From positions 1,280,001-1,344,000 of the forward strand of contig CAXXKM010000001.1 of the NCBI GenBank assembly GCA_963664435.2: DNA of 64,000 nucleotides, read 5' to 3'. Shown in pieces: positions 30,964 to 44,637 of the stretch. The position numbers were made by a program, and so were the translations under genes. How positions within the stretch are numbered: position 1 is the first letter of the stretch; every line of letters begins with the position of its first letter. Below the pieces are notes generated by a model. That model made no database searches. It worked only from the letters and a program-made list of their open reading frames with translations, and was not told where the DNA came from. Origin of the DNA: Longimicrobiales bacterium (GTDB taxonomy: Bacteria > Gemmatimonadota > Gemmatimonadetes > Longimicrobiales > Gaopeijiaceae).

Positions 30964-33236
30964 CTCGAGCCTGGTCGCGACGCGGGCATTCTTCGCCCAG
31001 GGTGAGATCGCACCGCCCGGCGGGGACCCGGACCTTCATCGCGCTCCTCCCCGCCCTGCTCGCCGCGGCGATCCCCGCCTCGGCGGCCCAGGGCGAACTG
31101 GAAGAGGTCACCGCGCTCCGCTTCGAGGGCAACGAGGTCTTCTCCGACCGCGTGCTGAGCGCCTCCATCATGACGCGGCCCACCGAGTGCCGGGGACTGC
31201 TGCTCAAGTTCTTCTGCTGGTCGGGAAGCTCCTTTGCCGTGGATGAGCGTTTCCTCGGCCCGCGCGAATTCGAACGCGACGTGGTGCGCCTGCGCCTGTT
31301 CTACTACCGGCACGGTTACCGGGAAGCCTTCATCACGCCGACTCTCAACCGCACCGGAGAAGGGGTTCAGATCACGTTCCGCATCGAAGAGGGGATGCCC
31401 GTGCTCATCGACTCCCTGGCGTTCAACGGACTCGATCCGCCCGCCGACCTGGATCTCCTCGACGACCTTCCGGTGCGCATGGGAGAACCGCTCGACCAGA
31501 TGGCGCTGGGGGCGGCCCGCGATTCCCTTACGATCCGGCTGCGCAACGCCGGCTACGCCCACGCCGAAGTCCTTCTCGACATCCTGATCCCGGCTGCGGA
31601 GCCGTATGGCGCGCGCGTCAACTTCAACGTCTTCAAGGGAACTCCGGCACGCTTCGGACCCATCTCGATCGAGGGAAACGAAAGAGTGGATCAGGGCGTC
31701 ATACTGGGCATGATTCCCTTCCGCGAAGGAAGCGCCTACGACGCCGAACTCGTTTTCGACGCCCGGCGCAACCTCTACGGCATGGAGGTCTTCAGCAATG
31801 TCGCGGTAACGGAGGAACTGGACGCGCAGCCGGACAGCGTAATCCCGGTCTCGGTCACGGTCGTCGAGGGCGACATTCATCGATATCGCGCGGGAGCCGG
31901 CTGGAGCACGGCCGACTGCGTCAACGGTGAAGCCAGCTGGACCAGCCGCAATTTCTCCGGGGGCGGACGCCGCCTGCAATTGCTCGGACGGCTGTCGAAC
32001 ATCCTCAACTCCCCGCTCAACTCCACGCTCTGCCGCGATGCCGGCAGCGGTCCGTACGGACGCTACAACTGGTCGCTCTCGGCCCAGTTCTCCCAGCCCC
32101 GGCTCTTTTCGCTGCGCACCACGTTCGCGGCCAACATGTTCTGGGAACGGCAAAGCCTGCCGGACCTCTTCGTCCGACAGAGCCTCGGCGTCGATCTGTC
32201 CCTCACCCGGGGGGGCGCGGCGGGACGCTCGCAGACCATCTTCTTCCAGCCGACGACGGGGAAGCTGGACGCGGCGGACATCTTCTTCTGCTCCAGCTTC
32301 CTGGTGTGCGACCTCGAGGGCATCGAGGTGCTGCAGAGCAGCAACTGGCTGTCGCCCGTGGGAATCCGCCTCGCGCACGAGGAGGTGGGGCAGGGCTTCG
32401 GCCCCGCCCTGGGCTACTCGCTGGGCGTGGAGATCGAGCACGCTTCACACCTGACCGGATCCGACTTCGCCTACAACCTGGCCGTGGGAGAGGCCTCCGG
32501 ACTCCGCGAATTCCGGGACGGCTGGGTCGTGGCCGGACGGCTGCGCGGGGGATGGCTGGGCGCCGGAGGATTTGGAGCGCTGGGCCGGGAGGTCGGCTCC
32601 GAGATCGCCCACCCGCAGAAGCGCTTCTATGCGGGCGGCGCCACCTCGGTGCGTGGCTTCGCCCACAATCAGCTGGGTCCGCGCGTGCTGTTCGTGGGTG
32701 TAGAGACGTTGCTCGGTGCCGCGGCCGGCGGCACTGCGCCGTGTACTCCGGATCAGATCATCGACTACAGCTGCGATCCCCGCACCCTCGATGACGACCG
32801 CTTCACGTCCAATCCCACGGGAGGAAGCCGGCTGGTCGAGGGCAACGTCGAAGTGCGCTTTCCGCTCAGCTCCGGTGACTGGCAGGGAACCGTGTTTCTG
32901 GACTTCGGACAGGTCTGGTCCGGCGACACCTCCCAGGATCCCGCGCGCCTCGAATGGGCGCCGGGGATGGGAGTCCGTTACTTCACCGCCATCGGCCCCC
33001 TGCGGCTGGACCTGGCGTACCGGCTGAGCGGGGGCGAAGAACAGCGCGTGCTGACCTCCGGGATCCGGCCCTATCATCCCGACGTCGACCACCCCGAGGA
33101 AAGGATCGCCGCCGCACCCGACTTCGTGCGTTCGGGCCGGCTGGAGATCCTTCCGCACCCGGTGCTGTACGGCGAATCCGCGGATTGGTCGCTGAGCCGG
33201 CTTCAGCTCCATCTTTCTCTGGGACAGGTCTTCTGA
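30960..33236 (+). CDS. Omp85 family outer-membrane protein, TamA-like (3 POTRA + barrel)
   Basis: Signal peptide, POTRA repeats (FEGN, GY..A, IEGN), GGATSVRGF, IGPLRLD, terminal LGQVF. Confidence 0.88.
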   Translation: MTRAWSRRGHSSPRVRSHRPAGTRTFIALLPALLAAAIPASAAQGELEEVTALRFEGNEVFSDRVLSASIMTRPTECRGLLLKFFCWSGSSFAVDERFLGPREFERDVVRLRLFYYRHGYREAFITPTLNRTGEGVQITFRIEEGMPVLIDSLAFNGLDPPADLDLLDDLPVRMGEPLDQMALGAARDSLTIRLRNAGYAHAEVLLDILIPAAEPYGARVNFNVFKGTPARFGPISIEGNERVDQGVILGMIPFREGSAYDAELVFDARRNLYGMEVFSNVAVTEELDAQPDSVIPVSVTVVEGDIHRYRAGAGWSTADCVNGEASWTSRNFSGGGRRLQLLGRLSNILNSPLNSTLCRDAGSGPYGRYNWSLSAQFSQPRLFSLRTTFAANMFWERQSLPDLFVRQSLGVDLSLTRGGAAGRSQTIFFQPTTGKLDAADIFFCSSFLVCDLEGIEVLQSSNWLSPVGIRLAHEEVGQGFGPALGYSLGVEIEHASHLTGSDFAYNLAVGEASGLREFRDGWVVAGRLRGGWLGAGGFGALGREVGSEIAHPQKRFYAGGATSVRGFAHNQLGPRVLFVGVETLLGAAAGGTAPCTPDQIIDYSCDPRTLDDDRFTSNPTGGSRLVEGNVEVRFPLSSGDWQGTVFLDFGQVWSGDTSQDPARLEWAPGMGVRYFTAIGPLRLDLAYRLSGGEEQRVLTSGIRPYHPDVDHPEERIAAAPDFVRSGRLEILPHPVLYGESADWSLSRLQLHLSLGQVF

Positions 33237-36200
33237 TGACCGGCGCGGGGCCGTCGGGGGAGACCGGAATGGAGTCGGGCCGGCTCCGTGGCCGCAGCCG
33301 CCGGGTTCTGCTGATCGGGGGCCTTTCGCTGGCCGCGCTCCTGTGCGTGGCGACGGCGGCGCTGGTGTACACCCCGCCGGGGCAGCGGATCGTCCTGGAG
33401 GAAGTCCTTCGACGCGCGTCGGCGCAGTTGAGCGCGGAGGTCGTGGTGTCGGGGATTCGGTCGGGCAACCTGCTCTCCGGGGTCACCCTGTCCGGCATCA
33501 CCATCGCGGAGGCGGGACGGCCCGCCTCGTTCCGCGCGGACTCCATCCGCGCGCGCTATTCGCTCTGGAGCCTGCTCGGCGGGGAGTTTGCCGTCGCCGG
33601 AATGGAGCTGTGGAGCCCCGTGCTGATGGTCGAGCGGCGCCCCGGCGAAGACGAGCCGAACTGGAGCCGCATCATTGTGGATCCCCGGGAAGCGGCCACC
33701 GCTCCAAACCTCCAGGACGGGACGGAGGACGAGGAATTCAGCCTGGTCCTGCGCGACATCTCCGTGTTCGACGGAGACATCATCGTGCGGGTGGCCACGG
33801 ACGCGGCTCCGGAAAGCGCCGGAGTCGTGCCGGCTCCGGACGGGGACGGCTTCGTGCGCGAACAGCGCTTCAGCCGGATCCTCGGGCGCCTGCCGGAGGT
33901 GGACGTGGGAGCGGAGCAGACCACGTTCGACGTGTTCGCGCTCTCCCTGCAGGGGCTCATGACCGAAGAGCCCTTCGAGGTGACCGACTTTCGCGGGCAG
34001 GTCGTCGTGGGAGAGGACGAACTCAACTTCGATGCCGAACGGGTCTGGCTCCCGGAGACCGAAATGTCGGGAGCGGGAGCGGTCGCCTGGGACGAGGACG
34101 ACGTGCGCGTCAACGCGAGCCTGAGGGCTCCGGTTGCGGCCCTCGAAGACATCCACTGGCTGGTTCCGGGGCTGCCGCCGGCCCGAGGGGCCCTGGAGCT
34201 GGGTCTGAATCTGAGGCCGGGGTTCACGTCGCTCGCCCTTTCCTCCCTCGACCTGCGGACCGAGGATGGAGGATTCGAGGGCCGTCTCACCGTGACCGTC
34301 TCGCCGGATTCCATGCTTCTGGACGGCGACCTCGACCTGCGGGAACTGCGTGTCGCCGCGCTGGAGCCCTGGCTGACGCGACCGCTCCCCTGGCCTGGTG
34401 CCCTGAGCGGCGGCCTGCGCATGCAGGGAAGGCTCGAGGACCTGGAGGTTTCGGGCGAACTCGAGACGGTTGCGACCGCCCGGACAAGCGCATCCTCCCG
34501 GTTTGAATTCGCGGGCCGGCTGCACCTCGGGCCGAACCCGGGCGTGACCGACTTTTCCCTGACGTCGGTGCCGTTCCAGTACGGCCTGCTGGGCGAAATG
34601 GACGAGCGCGCCGCCATCGGAGGCTCGGGGTCGCTCCGCGTCGAAGCCGGAGGACGTCTCTCCGAGGGAATCGACTTCGCCGCCGCGGCGGCGCACGCGG
34701 CTGCCGGCCTCCCGCGCTCGGCAGTCACCGTCAGCGGCACGGTTGGCCTCAGGGACGAGACAACGTTCGTCGAGGTGTCCGGTGACCTCCAGCCCCTGTC
34801 CTTCACCGCGCTTCGCGGCTTCTTCCCGTCCCTGCCGCTGACCGGCGAAGTCACCGGGGCCGTGAGCGCGCGCGGGTCACTCGCCGACCTGGCGGTGGAG
34901 GTCGACCTGGAGACCCCGGCGGGGCCCCTGGCGATGAACACGCGCTTCGATGCGCGCGACATCGGCCGCAACTACCAGGCCGAGACCGAGGTTCGCGACT
35001 TCCGCCTCTCGCGCATCGTGCCCGGGCTGCCGGAACCCACAACCGTCACCGGCAGCGTGTTCGTGAACGGTCGCGGGCTCGATCCCGACTCGGTCGTAGC
35101 CGACGTGCGGGCTCGCATCGCTTCCGCGACGGTGGGGGTGGTCACCGTGGACTCGGCTCGATCGGCGTTTCGCCTGGAAGGGGGCGCGGCCACACTGGAC
35201 ACGCTGCACGCGGTCACCAGCCTCGGCATTCTCGACGCATCCGGAGACCTGGGCCTCGCGGAGAGCCTCCAACCGGGAGAAGTCCGTGTTGCGTTCGTCA
35301 GCGAGTCGCTGGATGGCGTGCGGCGTTTTTTCATGACCGGCCCGATCATCGCGGCCGACACGCTGTCGCGCCTGGAGGGCGAATTGCTGCGGCTCGAAGG
35401 AATCGATCCCGACACCCTTCCCCTGCTGAGAGAGATCGAAGTCGGGGGGCGCGTCTCTGCCGAAGCCACCCTGCGGGGCGCGGTGGACCGGTTCGCGGCG
35501 GAGGCCGTCGTCGCCATCGAGGGATTCCGCTTTCGGGACAACGCGATCAGCCGCGCAGAACTGGACCTGCGGGTCGACGGCCTCCCGGGAACCGGGGGGC
35601 GGCTCACCGCCTCCATCCTCGCAGACTCCTTCGCCGTTGAAGGGAGAGATTTCGCCTCCGCGGCCATCGACCTGGACCTTTCCCGCTCCGAGGGCCGACT
35701 GCGTGCCGACCTGCAGCGCTCGGACGAAGAGAGCTACCAGGCGCGCGCCACCTTTCAGGCGGACTCGACCGGCGGAGTCCTCCACCTCGACGAACTCACC
35801 GCCCGCTTCGCCGGCGGCCGCTGGAATCTGGGCGGGCCGGCGCGCCTGCTGTGGGATGGCGAGAGTTTCGTGGTCGACGACTTCAGCTTCACCCGTCCCG
35901 GGCTGGGCGGCATGAGGATCGAAGCCGACGGGATCATTCCGCGCGGCCGCGGCGCGGCGGACTTCGACCTCGTGGTGCGCGGCCTGCCGCTGGAGCGGCT
36001 GACCCACGTGGCGCGCCTGACCGCCCTGGAGGAAGGCAACCTTCGGGGAGTGGTGAGCCTCGACCTGCAGGTCTCGCAGACCGGTGGCGACCCCGGCATC
36101 GAAGCCTCCTTCCAGGCCGACGGACTGGGCTACGGCAACGTGGACTTCACCCGGGTTGCGGGCGAACTCGAGTACCTGGACCGAAGGATCACCGGCGAGA

Positions 36201-37749
36201 TCGAGGCCTGGAGCCGGGAGGCGCAGGTCCTGTCCGCCCGGGGCGCCCTGGCCGCGGCCCTCGAACTTCAGCCGGTGCCCGTCCGCTTCCCCGAGGAATC
36301 GATGGACATCGACGTGGTCGCGCGCGAGTTCCCGCTGGCGGTCGTGTCGCGCGCGGTCCCCGGCCTCGATGAAGTGGAGGGCCTGGTCGACGGCGAACTG
36401 CGCCTCACCGGTCCCCCGGCAAACATGCGCACGAGCGGGGAGCTGTCCCTGACCGGGGGCGCTCTCGCCCTGCCGGAACTCGGGGTCCGGTACACGGACG
36501 TGGAAGCCGCGCTCGGGTTCAGCGAGGACGCGCTGGTCACCCTCTCCGCCAGCCTGCGCTCCGATGGCCCCGCCCGGGTGAACGGATCGCTGCACCTGCG
36601 CCCCCTGCGGGACCCGGCCTTCGACCTCGCCATCGACGGGACCAGCTTCCGGGCCGTCAACCGCTACGACATCGAAGGGGTGGTCAGCGGGCAGCTGCGC
36701 CTGACCGGAAACTACCGCAGCCCGGTCGTGCAGGGGGCCCTGGACGTCGAACAGGGCACCCTCTACCTCGACGAGTTCGCGCGCTACCAGACGATCGTGG
36801 ACCTGGCGGACACCACCTTCTTCGCCGCGGTGGACACCACCCTGGCCGGGGTGCTGCCCATCATCGAGGCGGGACAGAACCCCTTCCTCGACAACCTGGT
36901 CGCCGGCATCGAGCTGAGCGTCGAGAGCGACAGCTGGCTGCGCAGCCGCCAGATCGACATGGAGATCGACGGCGGCCTGGAGCTGGAGTACGACCGCGGG
37001 GCGCGCCGCTTCGTGGCGGTCGGGGAGCTGGCGGCCATCCGCGGATCCTACAACTATTTCGGCCGCCGCTTCGTGGTGCAGGAGGGAACCCTCGAGTTCA
37101 TCGGCATCCCCGGCGTGAATCCGAACCTGGATATCCAGGCGGTCGCCCGCCTGCGCGCCGGGGACAGTCCTCTCAACGTGATCGCCAACGTGGGCGGCAC
37201 CCTCGTGGCTCCATCGGTGTCGCTGACCAGCGACGCAGCCGCTCCCATCGAGGAACCGGAGCTGGTCAGCTACCTGGTCTTCGGCCGGCCCCCGGCACTG
37301 CTGGGCTCCGGCGAATCGTCGCTCCTGGGCGGGGCGCTCATCACCGATGGTCTGTCGCTCGGTCTGGGTCGGCTGGCGGACGAGTTCCAGGAGGCCGTCG
37401 CGCAGGAGATCGGCTTTGTGGACTACTTCGCCATCTCCAATCAGCGGGCGACGCAGCGCCTTGGCCCCAATCCCAGCCTGCTGGGCACCCTCGCCTCCAC
37501 CCAGATCGAGTTCGGCCGCTACCTGTGGGACGATGTGTTCCTCTCCGTCGACCTCGCTCCGGTGGGCACCACCACCCAGACGCGCACCCGCATTCCCAAC
37601 GCCCGTCTGGAATGGCGCTTCGCCGACCTGTGGGGCTTCGAGAGCTTCGCCGAGGACCCGCTCCTGCGGCGGGGCGTTCTCGGGGTCCGGCAAAGCGGCC
37701 CCACCTACGCGCATTCGCTGGGGCTCTTCATCTATCGGGAGTGGGGCAG

Positions 37750-37753
<4 letters not shown>
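33236..37753 (+). CDS. Translocation/assembly module TamB-like (AsmA family) protein
   Basis: N-terminal TM, long beta-taco-like repeats, C-terminal [21 protein letters not shown] and SYLVFG; TGATG overlap with the Omp85 gene. Confidence 0.88.
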
Positions 37754-40641
<2,888 letters not shown>

Positions 40642-40738
40642 CACCCCATGGACCAACTCCCCCCGGCCTTCGCGCGGATGCATCCACGGACCGACCCCTC
40701 TTCGCGAAACCGGAACCGGCGCGTTCGCGTCCGCAATT

Positions 40739-40747
40739 TGCTAGGTT
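40739..40747 (+). promoter_or_regulatory. Putative extended -10 element (TGcTAGGTT) upstream of the CesT/pspA genes
   Basis: AT-rich tttgctaggtta island inside a GC-rich intergenic region. Confidence 0.35.
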
Positions 40748-40866
40748 ATGCCGTCGGATGGTGCGGCATCCCGGTCGCGCCGCGGCCTGCAGCGCCCATC
40801 CGGCGGGCAGCTGACACCACGAGCAGGCGGAACCGCCTGCCCCGGAGACGGAGACGGAGTGAAGTC

Positions 40867-41286
40867 ATGGTAAGTCGAGAGGATATCGAGGGCTTCCTGA
40901 TCCGCATGGATCTGGACTATGAAGAGGTCGACGAGGGCATGTTCCTCGCACATGGCGACAACGGCGGCGCGGGCGTGGTGGTCCACCATTCGGACCCCGT
41001 GCTGGTGTTGCGCCTCAAGATGATGGATCTTCCGGCGGAGCCGGAGGACGAGCTCACCGGGCTTTACCGGACGCTGCTGGAGCTCAACGCGACCGACATC
41101 GTGCATGGAGCGTACGGCATCGAGGAGGGAGAGCTCATCCTCACCGATACCCTCGAACTCGAAAACCTCGATTTCACCGAGCTGCAGGCCTCGATCGAGA
41201 GCCTCCAGCTCGCGGCGTCGAGTCACATGGGCAGAATCCGCGAGCTTGCGCAGGCAGGCAGCGTACCGCAGGCGATGGAGGGCTGA
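40867..41286 (+). CDS. CesT/YbjN (T3SS chaperone-like) family protein
   Basis: Small acidic protein, LYRTLLELNATDIVHGAYGIE...LELENLD; GGAG RBS. Confidence 0.75.
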   Translation: MVSREDIEGFLIRMDLDYEEVDEGMFLAHGDNGGAGVVVHHSDPVLVLRLKMMDLPAEPEDELTGLYRTLLELNATDIVHGAYGIEEGELILTDTLELENLDFTELQASIESLQLAASSHMGRIRELAQAGSVPQAMEG

Positions 41287-41290
41287 ACTC

Positions 41291-42154
41291 ATGGGAATCT
41301 TCCAGAAGCTGTCGACGCTTATCAAGTCGAACATGAACGACCTGATCGCGAAGGCGGAAAACCCGGAGAAGATGCTCAACCAGATCATCCTCGACATGCG
41401 GGACCAGCTCGCCAAGGCGAAGCGCGATGTCGCGGGAGCGATCGCGGACGAGCGCAAGCTCGGAGCCCAGCTCGATGCCGAGGTCAAGCAGGCCCAGGCG
41501 TGGAAGAAGCGGGCGGAGCTGGCCGTCAGGGAGGGCCGCGACGACCTCGCCATGCAGGCTCTGAGCCGACAGCAGGAACACACCCAGCGCGCAGGGGCGC
41601 TGGAGCAGACCTGGCGCGCCCAGAAGGAAGAGACGGAGAAGCTCAAGGCATCGCTCCGGACGCTGAACGACAAGATCGAGGAGGCGAAGCGCAAGCGGAA
41701 CCTCCTGATCGCGAAGCAGAAGCGGGCTCAGGCGCAGAAGCGCATCCACGCCACCATGTCCGGGCTTTCGGACCAGTCGGCGTTCGAGGCGTTCAACCGC
41801 ATGGCGGCCAAGATCGAGGAAGAGGAGCGCCGCAGCCTCGCTCAGGCGGAAGTCACCGAGGCACTGACGGGAGATTCGCTCGAGGATGAATTCACGAGGC
41901 TGGAATCGGGCGGCGAGGGTGCCGCGCTGGACGACCGCCTGCTGGCGCTGAAGGCACAGATGGGGCTGCTCCCGGGCGGAGCACCCGAGGCTCCCCGGCA
42001 GCTCACCGCCGGTGAGGGGTCCGGCGACGCCCCCTCCGAGGTAGACGCGGAAGCCGACGATGCCGACGCCGGGTCTTCCGCTTCGGTCGCGCCGATACAG
42101 GAAGCGCAGCTCCTCGAGGAGTTCGAGCGGCTGGGCAGAAACGACGGGTCGTGA
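41291..42154 (+). CDS. pspA: PspA/IM30 (Vipp1) family protein with acidic C-terminal extension
   Basis: MGIFQKL...AENPEKMLNQ.I.DM, A...GRDDLA..AL, FNRMAAKIEE; long coiled coil. Confidence 0.9.
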   Translation: MGIFQKLSTLIKSNMNDLIAKAENPEKMLNQIILDMRDQLAKAKRDVAGAIADERKLGAQLDAEVKQAQAWKKRAELAVREGRDDLAMQALSRQQEHTQRAGALEQTWRAQKEETEKLKASLRTLNDKIEEAKRKRNLLIAKQKRAQAQKRIHATMSGLSDQSAFEAFNRMAAKIEEEERRSLAQAEVTEALTGDSLEDEFTRLESGGEGAALDDRLLALKAQMGLLPGGAPEAPRQLTAGEGSGDAPSEVDAEADDADAGSSASVAPIQEAQLLEEFERLGRNDGS

Positions 42155-42155
42155 C

Positions 42156-43007
42156 GTGGACACCGTCTACCTGAACGGCGAGTACCTGCCGAGGGATGAA
42201 GCCCGCGTAGCGGCGGATGACCGTGGATTCCTCCTGTCCGACGGGATCTACGAGGTCACCCCCGCGTACGGGGGACGTTTCTTTCGCGGAGACCGCCATC
42301 TCGCGCGCATGGCGCGAGGCCTGGCGGCGCTGCGCATCGAGTACGACACGGGAGGGCTGCCCGCCATCAAGCAGCGGCTGCTGGAGGTGAATGGTCTCGC
42401 CGCCGCCGACTTCGCCTACGTCTACATGCAGGTCACGCGGGGCACGGCTCCCCGGACCCACTACTTCCCGGCGCACGCCGTGGAACCCACGGTGTACGCC
42501 TACGCCCGCCCGCACCAGCGGCCCCCCACGGCGACCTGGGAGCGAGGCTACCGCGCCATCACCGCGCCCGACCGGCGCTGGGCCAGGGTCGACATCAAGA
42601 GCATCGCTCTCCTGCCCAACGTGCTGGCAATGCAGTCGGCCGTGGACGCCGGGGTCGACGACGTCATCCTGGTGCGCGACGGGGTCGCCATCGAGGGAGC
42701 CCACAGCAACTTCTTCGCGGTAAGCGGCGGCGGGCTGGTGACCCACCCGGCCACCCACCAGATCCTGCACGGAATCACCCGCGAGTACGTGCTGGAGCTG
42801 GCGGCCGGACTGGGAATTCCGGTCGAGTTGCGCCCCCTCGCGGTGGAGGAGCTGGCGTCGGCGAGCGAGGCGTTCCTGACGGGCACCACCACGGAGGTCC
42901 ATCCCATTGTGGAGATCGACGGGCGGCCGGTCGGCGACGGAAAGGTGGGGCCCGTGGCGAAGCGGTTGACGGAGGCGTTTCGCGAGGGGTTGCCGGGCGC
43001 GGCGTAG
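42156..43007 (+). CDS. Class IV PLP aminotransferase, D-amino-acid transaminase-like
   Basis: DRGFLLSDGIYEV, YMQVTRG..PRTH, RW...DIKSIALLPN, EGAHSN, ILHGITR. Confidence 0.88.
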   Translation: MDTVYLNGEYLPRDEARVAADDRGFLLSDGIYEVTPAYGGRFFRGDRHLARMARGLAALRIEYDTGGLPAIKQRLLEVNGLAAADFAYVYMQVTRGTAPRTHYFPAHAVEPTVYAYARPHQRPPTATWERGYRAITAPDRRWARVDIKSIALLPNVLAMQSAVDAGVDDVILVRDGVAIEGAHSNFFAVSGGGLVTHPATHQILHGITREYVLELAAGLGIPVELRPLAVEELASASEAFLTGTTTEVHPIVEIDGRPVGDGKVGPVAKRLTEAFREGLPGAA

Positions 43008-43072
43008 CCATACTCGCCGGCGGCCTGGCGGCGGGACTCCGCCGGGCCTTCAGACGAGAGGCCTCCCCGGCT

Positions 43073-43357
43073 TCAGGGCAGAGGCTCGCCCACCGCCACC
43101 ACCGCGCCTTCGGGCACCAGGTGCAGGTCGTCCTCGATGAGGTGGGTGGCTTCCGCGAGCACGATGACGATACGTTCGGGCTCGAGCCCCTGGTCGTGCC
43201 CGGGGATCGAATGGTAGTCGTCGCTCGGCAGATGCATCACCACCCGACCGCGCCTCAGCGAGCGGTCCGCGCAGGTGCCCACGAGACGCACGGTGGCCCA
43301 TCCCGGGCGCGGGCTCCATGCGACGTTGCGCGGCGTGTAGACTCGTTGCTCGTCCAT
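43073..43357 (-). CDS. Hypothetical protein (94 aa)
   Basis: Globular-looking composition; purine-rich sequence upstream; co-oriented with the next ORF. Confidence 0.6.
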   Translation of the reverse strand: MDEQRVYTPRNVAWSPRPGWATVRLVGTCADRSLRRGRVVMHLPSDDYHSIPGHDQGLEPERIVIVLAEATHLIEDDLHLVPEGAVVAVGEPLP

Positions 43358-43377
43358 CCCTGGCTCTCCTGGCTGCC

Positions 43378-43839
43378 CTAACCTTCCGCCAAGGTGGAAC
43401 GCCCGTCAACCAGCAGGTCGCAGGTCGCCCGCTGCGCCGGCGACGGATCGCTCGGCTGAGCCACCAGCAGGGCTCGCCCTCTCCCGCCCCGGGGCAGGTG
43501 CAGCACCAGAGCCTCGGGATCGGCCGGGATCGAGAATTCGCGCGCGAGCCCCGTCCGATCGATGGCGACGGTTCGTCCGTCGAAGGTGAGCCGGGCGATC
43601 GTGCGCCCGTACTCGACCCAGGCGGTGAACGGCTCTTCGCCCGCGGCGATCGCGGGGACCAGCCGGTCGCGATAGTGGCCGATCGCCTGCTCGAAGGCGG
43701 CCGCGTCGATGTCCTTCAGCGCCCTTAGGCGCTCCCTGCACAGGGCTCGCGGGTCGCGCGCGCCGGTCTGTGCGAGCGCGGCCTCCAGCCGCTGGTCCGC
43801 AAGGGCCTGCGGGTCTTCGGTGTGTTCGGTGCTGGTCAT
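43378..43839 (-). CDS. Hypothetical protein (153 aa)
   Basis: ATG after GAGGG; DPR..CRERL..LK helical N-terminus, LVLHLP, PSPAQRAT.DLLV. Confidence 0.7.
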   Translation of the reverse strand: MTSTEHTEDPQALADQRLEAALAQTGARDPRALCRERLRALKDIDAAAFEQAIGHYRDRLVPAIAAGEEPFTAWVEYGRTIARLTFDGRTVAIDRTGLAREFSIPADPEALVLHLPRGGRGRALLVAQPSDPSPAQRATCDLLVDGRSTLAEG

Positions 43840-44034
43840 ATTCCCTCGGCGCTGGCGGGCGGTCGAGCGACTCTCCCCGGCCGCAAAATGCCGGTTGGCG
43901 GGCGGGCGCGCGACCGGCGGTCGCTCGGTGGCGTGGCCCATCGACTACCCCTAACTTCCTCTGCCCGGAACCGCGCCGGGATAGAAGTCCGGCGCAGCCG
44001 GTCCGCATCGCATCCCCGCACATCACGGGCCGAC

Positions 44035-44574
44035 ATGCCATCCAGATACAACCAGCCCCGCTTTTCGGATCCGACCGGAGATTATCTGGAAGTATCCTGG
44101 GAGATGTTCGGGGAGCTGTGCCGGGCGCTCGCGCTCAAGGTCGCGCGCGAACACCGGCCCGACCTGGTCGTCGGCATCGCTCGCGCGGGCGTCATTCCGG
44201 GCGCCATCGTCGCGTCCATGCTGCGCCTCGACTTCCACTCGATGAGAATCTCGCGCCGGGGGACCGACAACTCCATCCGCGAGCGCCCGGAGGTACTCGA
44301 TGCCGCTCCCCGCGTCGCCGCCGGGCGGCGGGTGCTGCTCGTGGACGAGATCACCACTTCCGGAGAGACCCTGCGGCTGGGGCTCGCCGCCGTGCGTGAT
44401 GTCGGACCGGCCGAAGTTCGCACCGCGACCTGCTTCGCGCGCCCACGCGGCTACAAGCCCGACTACTTTGCGCTGGAGACCGGTTCCACCGTAATATTTC
44501 CGTGGGACAGGAAGATTTTTCAGGATCAGCAGTTCGTCGTGAATCCGAGGTACGAGAGCGTACTGGACGAATAG
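44035..44574 (+). CDS. Type I phosphoribosyltransferase (purine PRT-like)
   Basis: VVGIARAG, PRPP loop VLLVDEITTSGETL, PDY...IFPWD. Confidence 0.88.
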   Translation: MPSRYNQPRFSDPTGDYLEVSWEMFGELCRALALKVAREHRPDLVVGIARAGVIPGAIVASMLRLDFHSMRISRRGTDNSIRERPEVLDAAPRVAAGRRVLLVDEITTSGETLRLGLAAVRDVGPAEVRTATCFARPRGYKPDYFALETGSTVIFPWDRKIFQDQQFVVNPRYESVLDE

Positions 44575-44637
44575 AATCGCTTGCGGGCCGCTCTACTTCG
44601 AGCGCCACCGCCGCACGACGCCCGACAGGAGGAAACC

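Noticed and set aside
34877..37714. Very long antisense ORFs (e.g. 945 aa here; also 7135-9591, 37732-39819, 50972-53065, 60892-62832)
   Set aside because: These are shadow frames opposite clearly recognisable genes. They are expected in high-GC DNA with strong codon bias and show no motifs of their own.
40867..41286. Type III secretion system implied by the CesT-like chaperone
   Set aside because: No T3SS structural or effector genes are present in the window, and this fold occurs widely outside T3SS.
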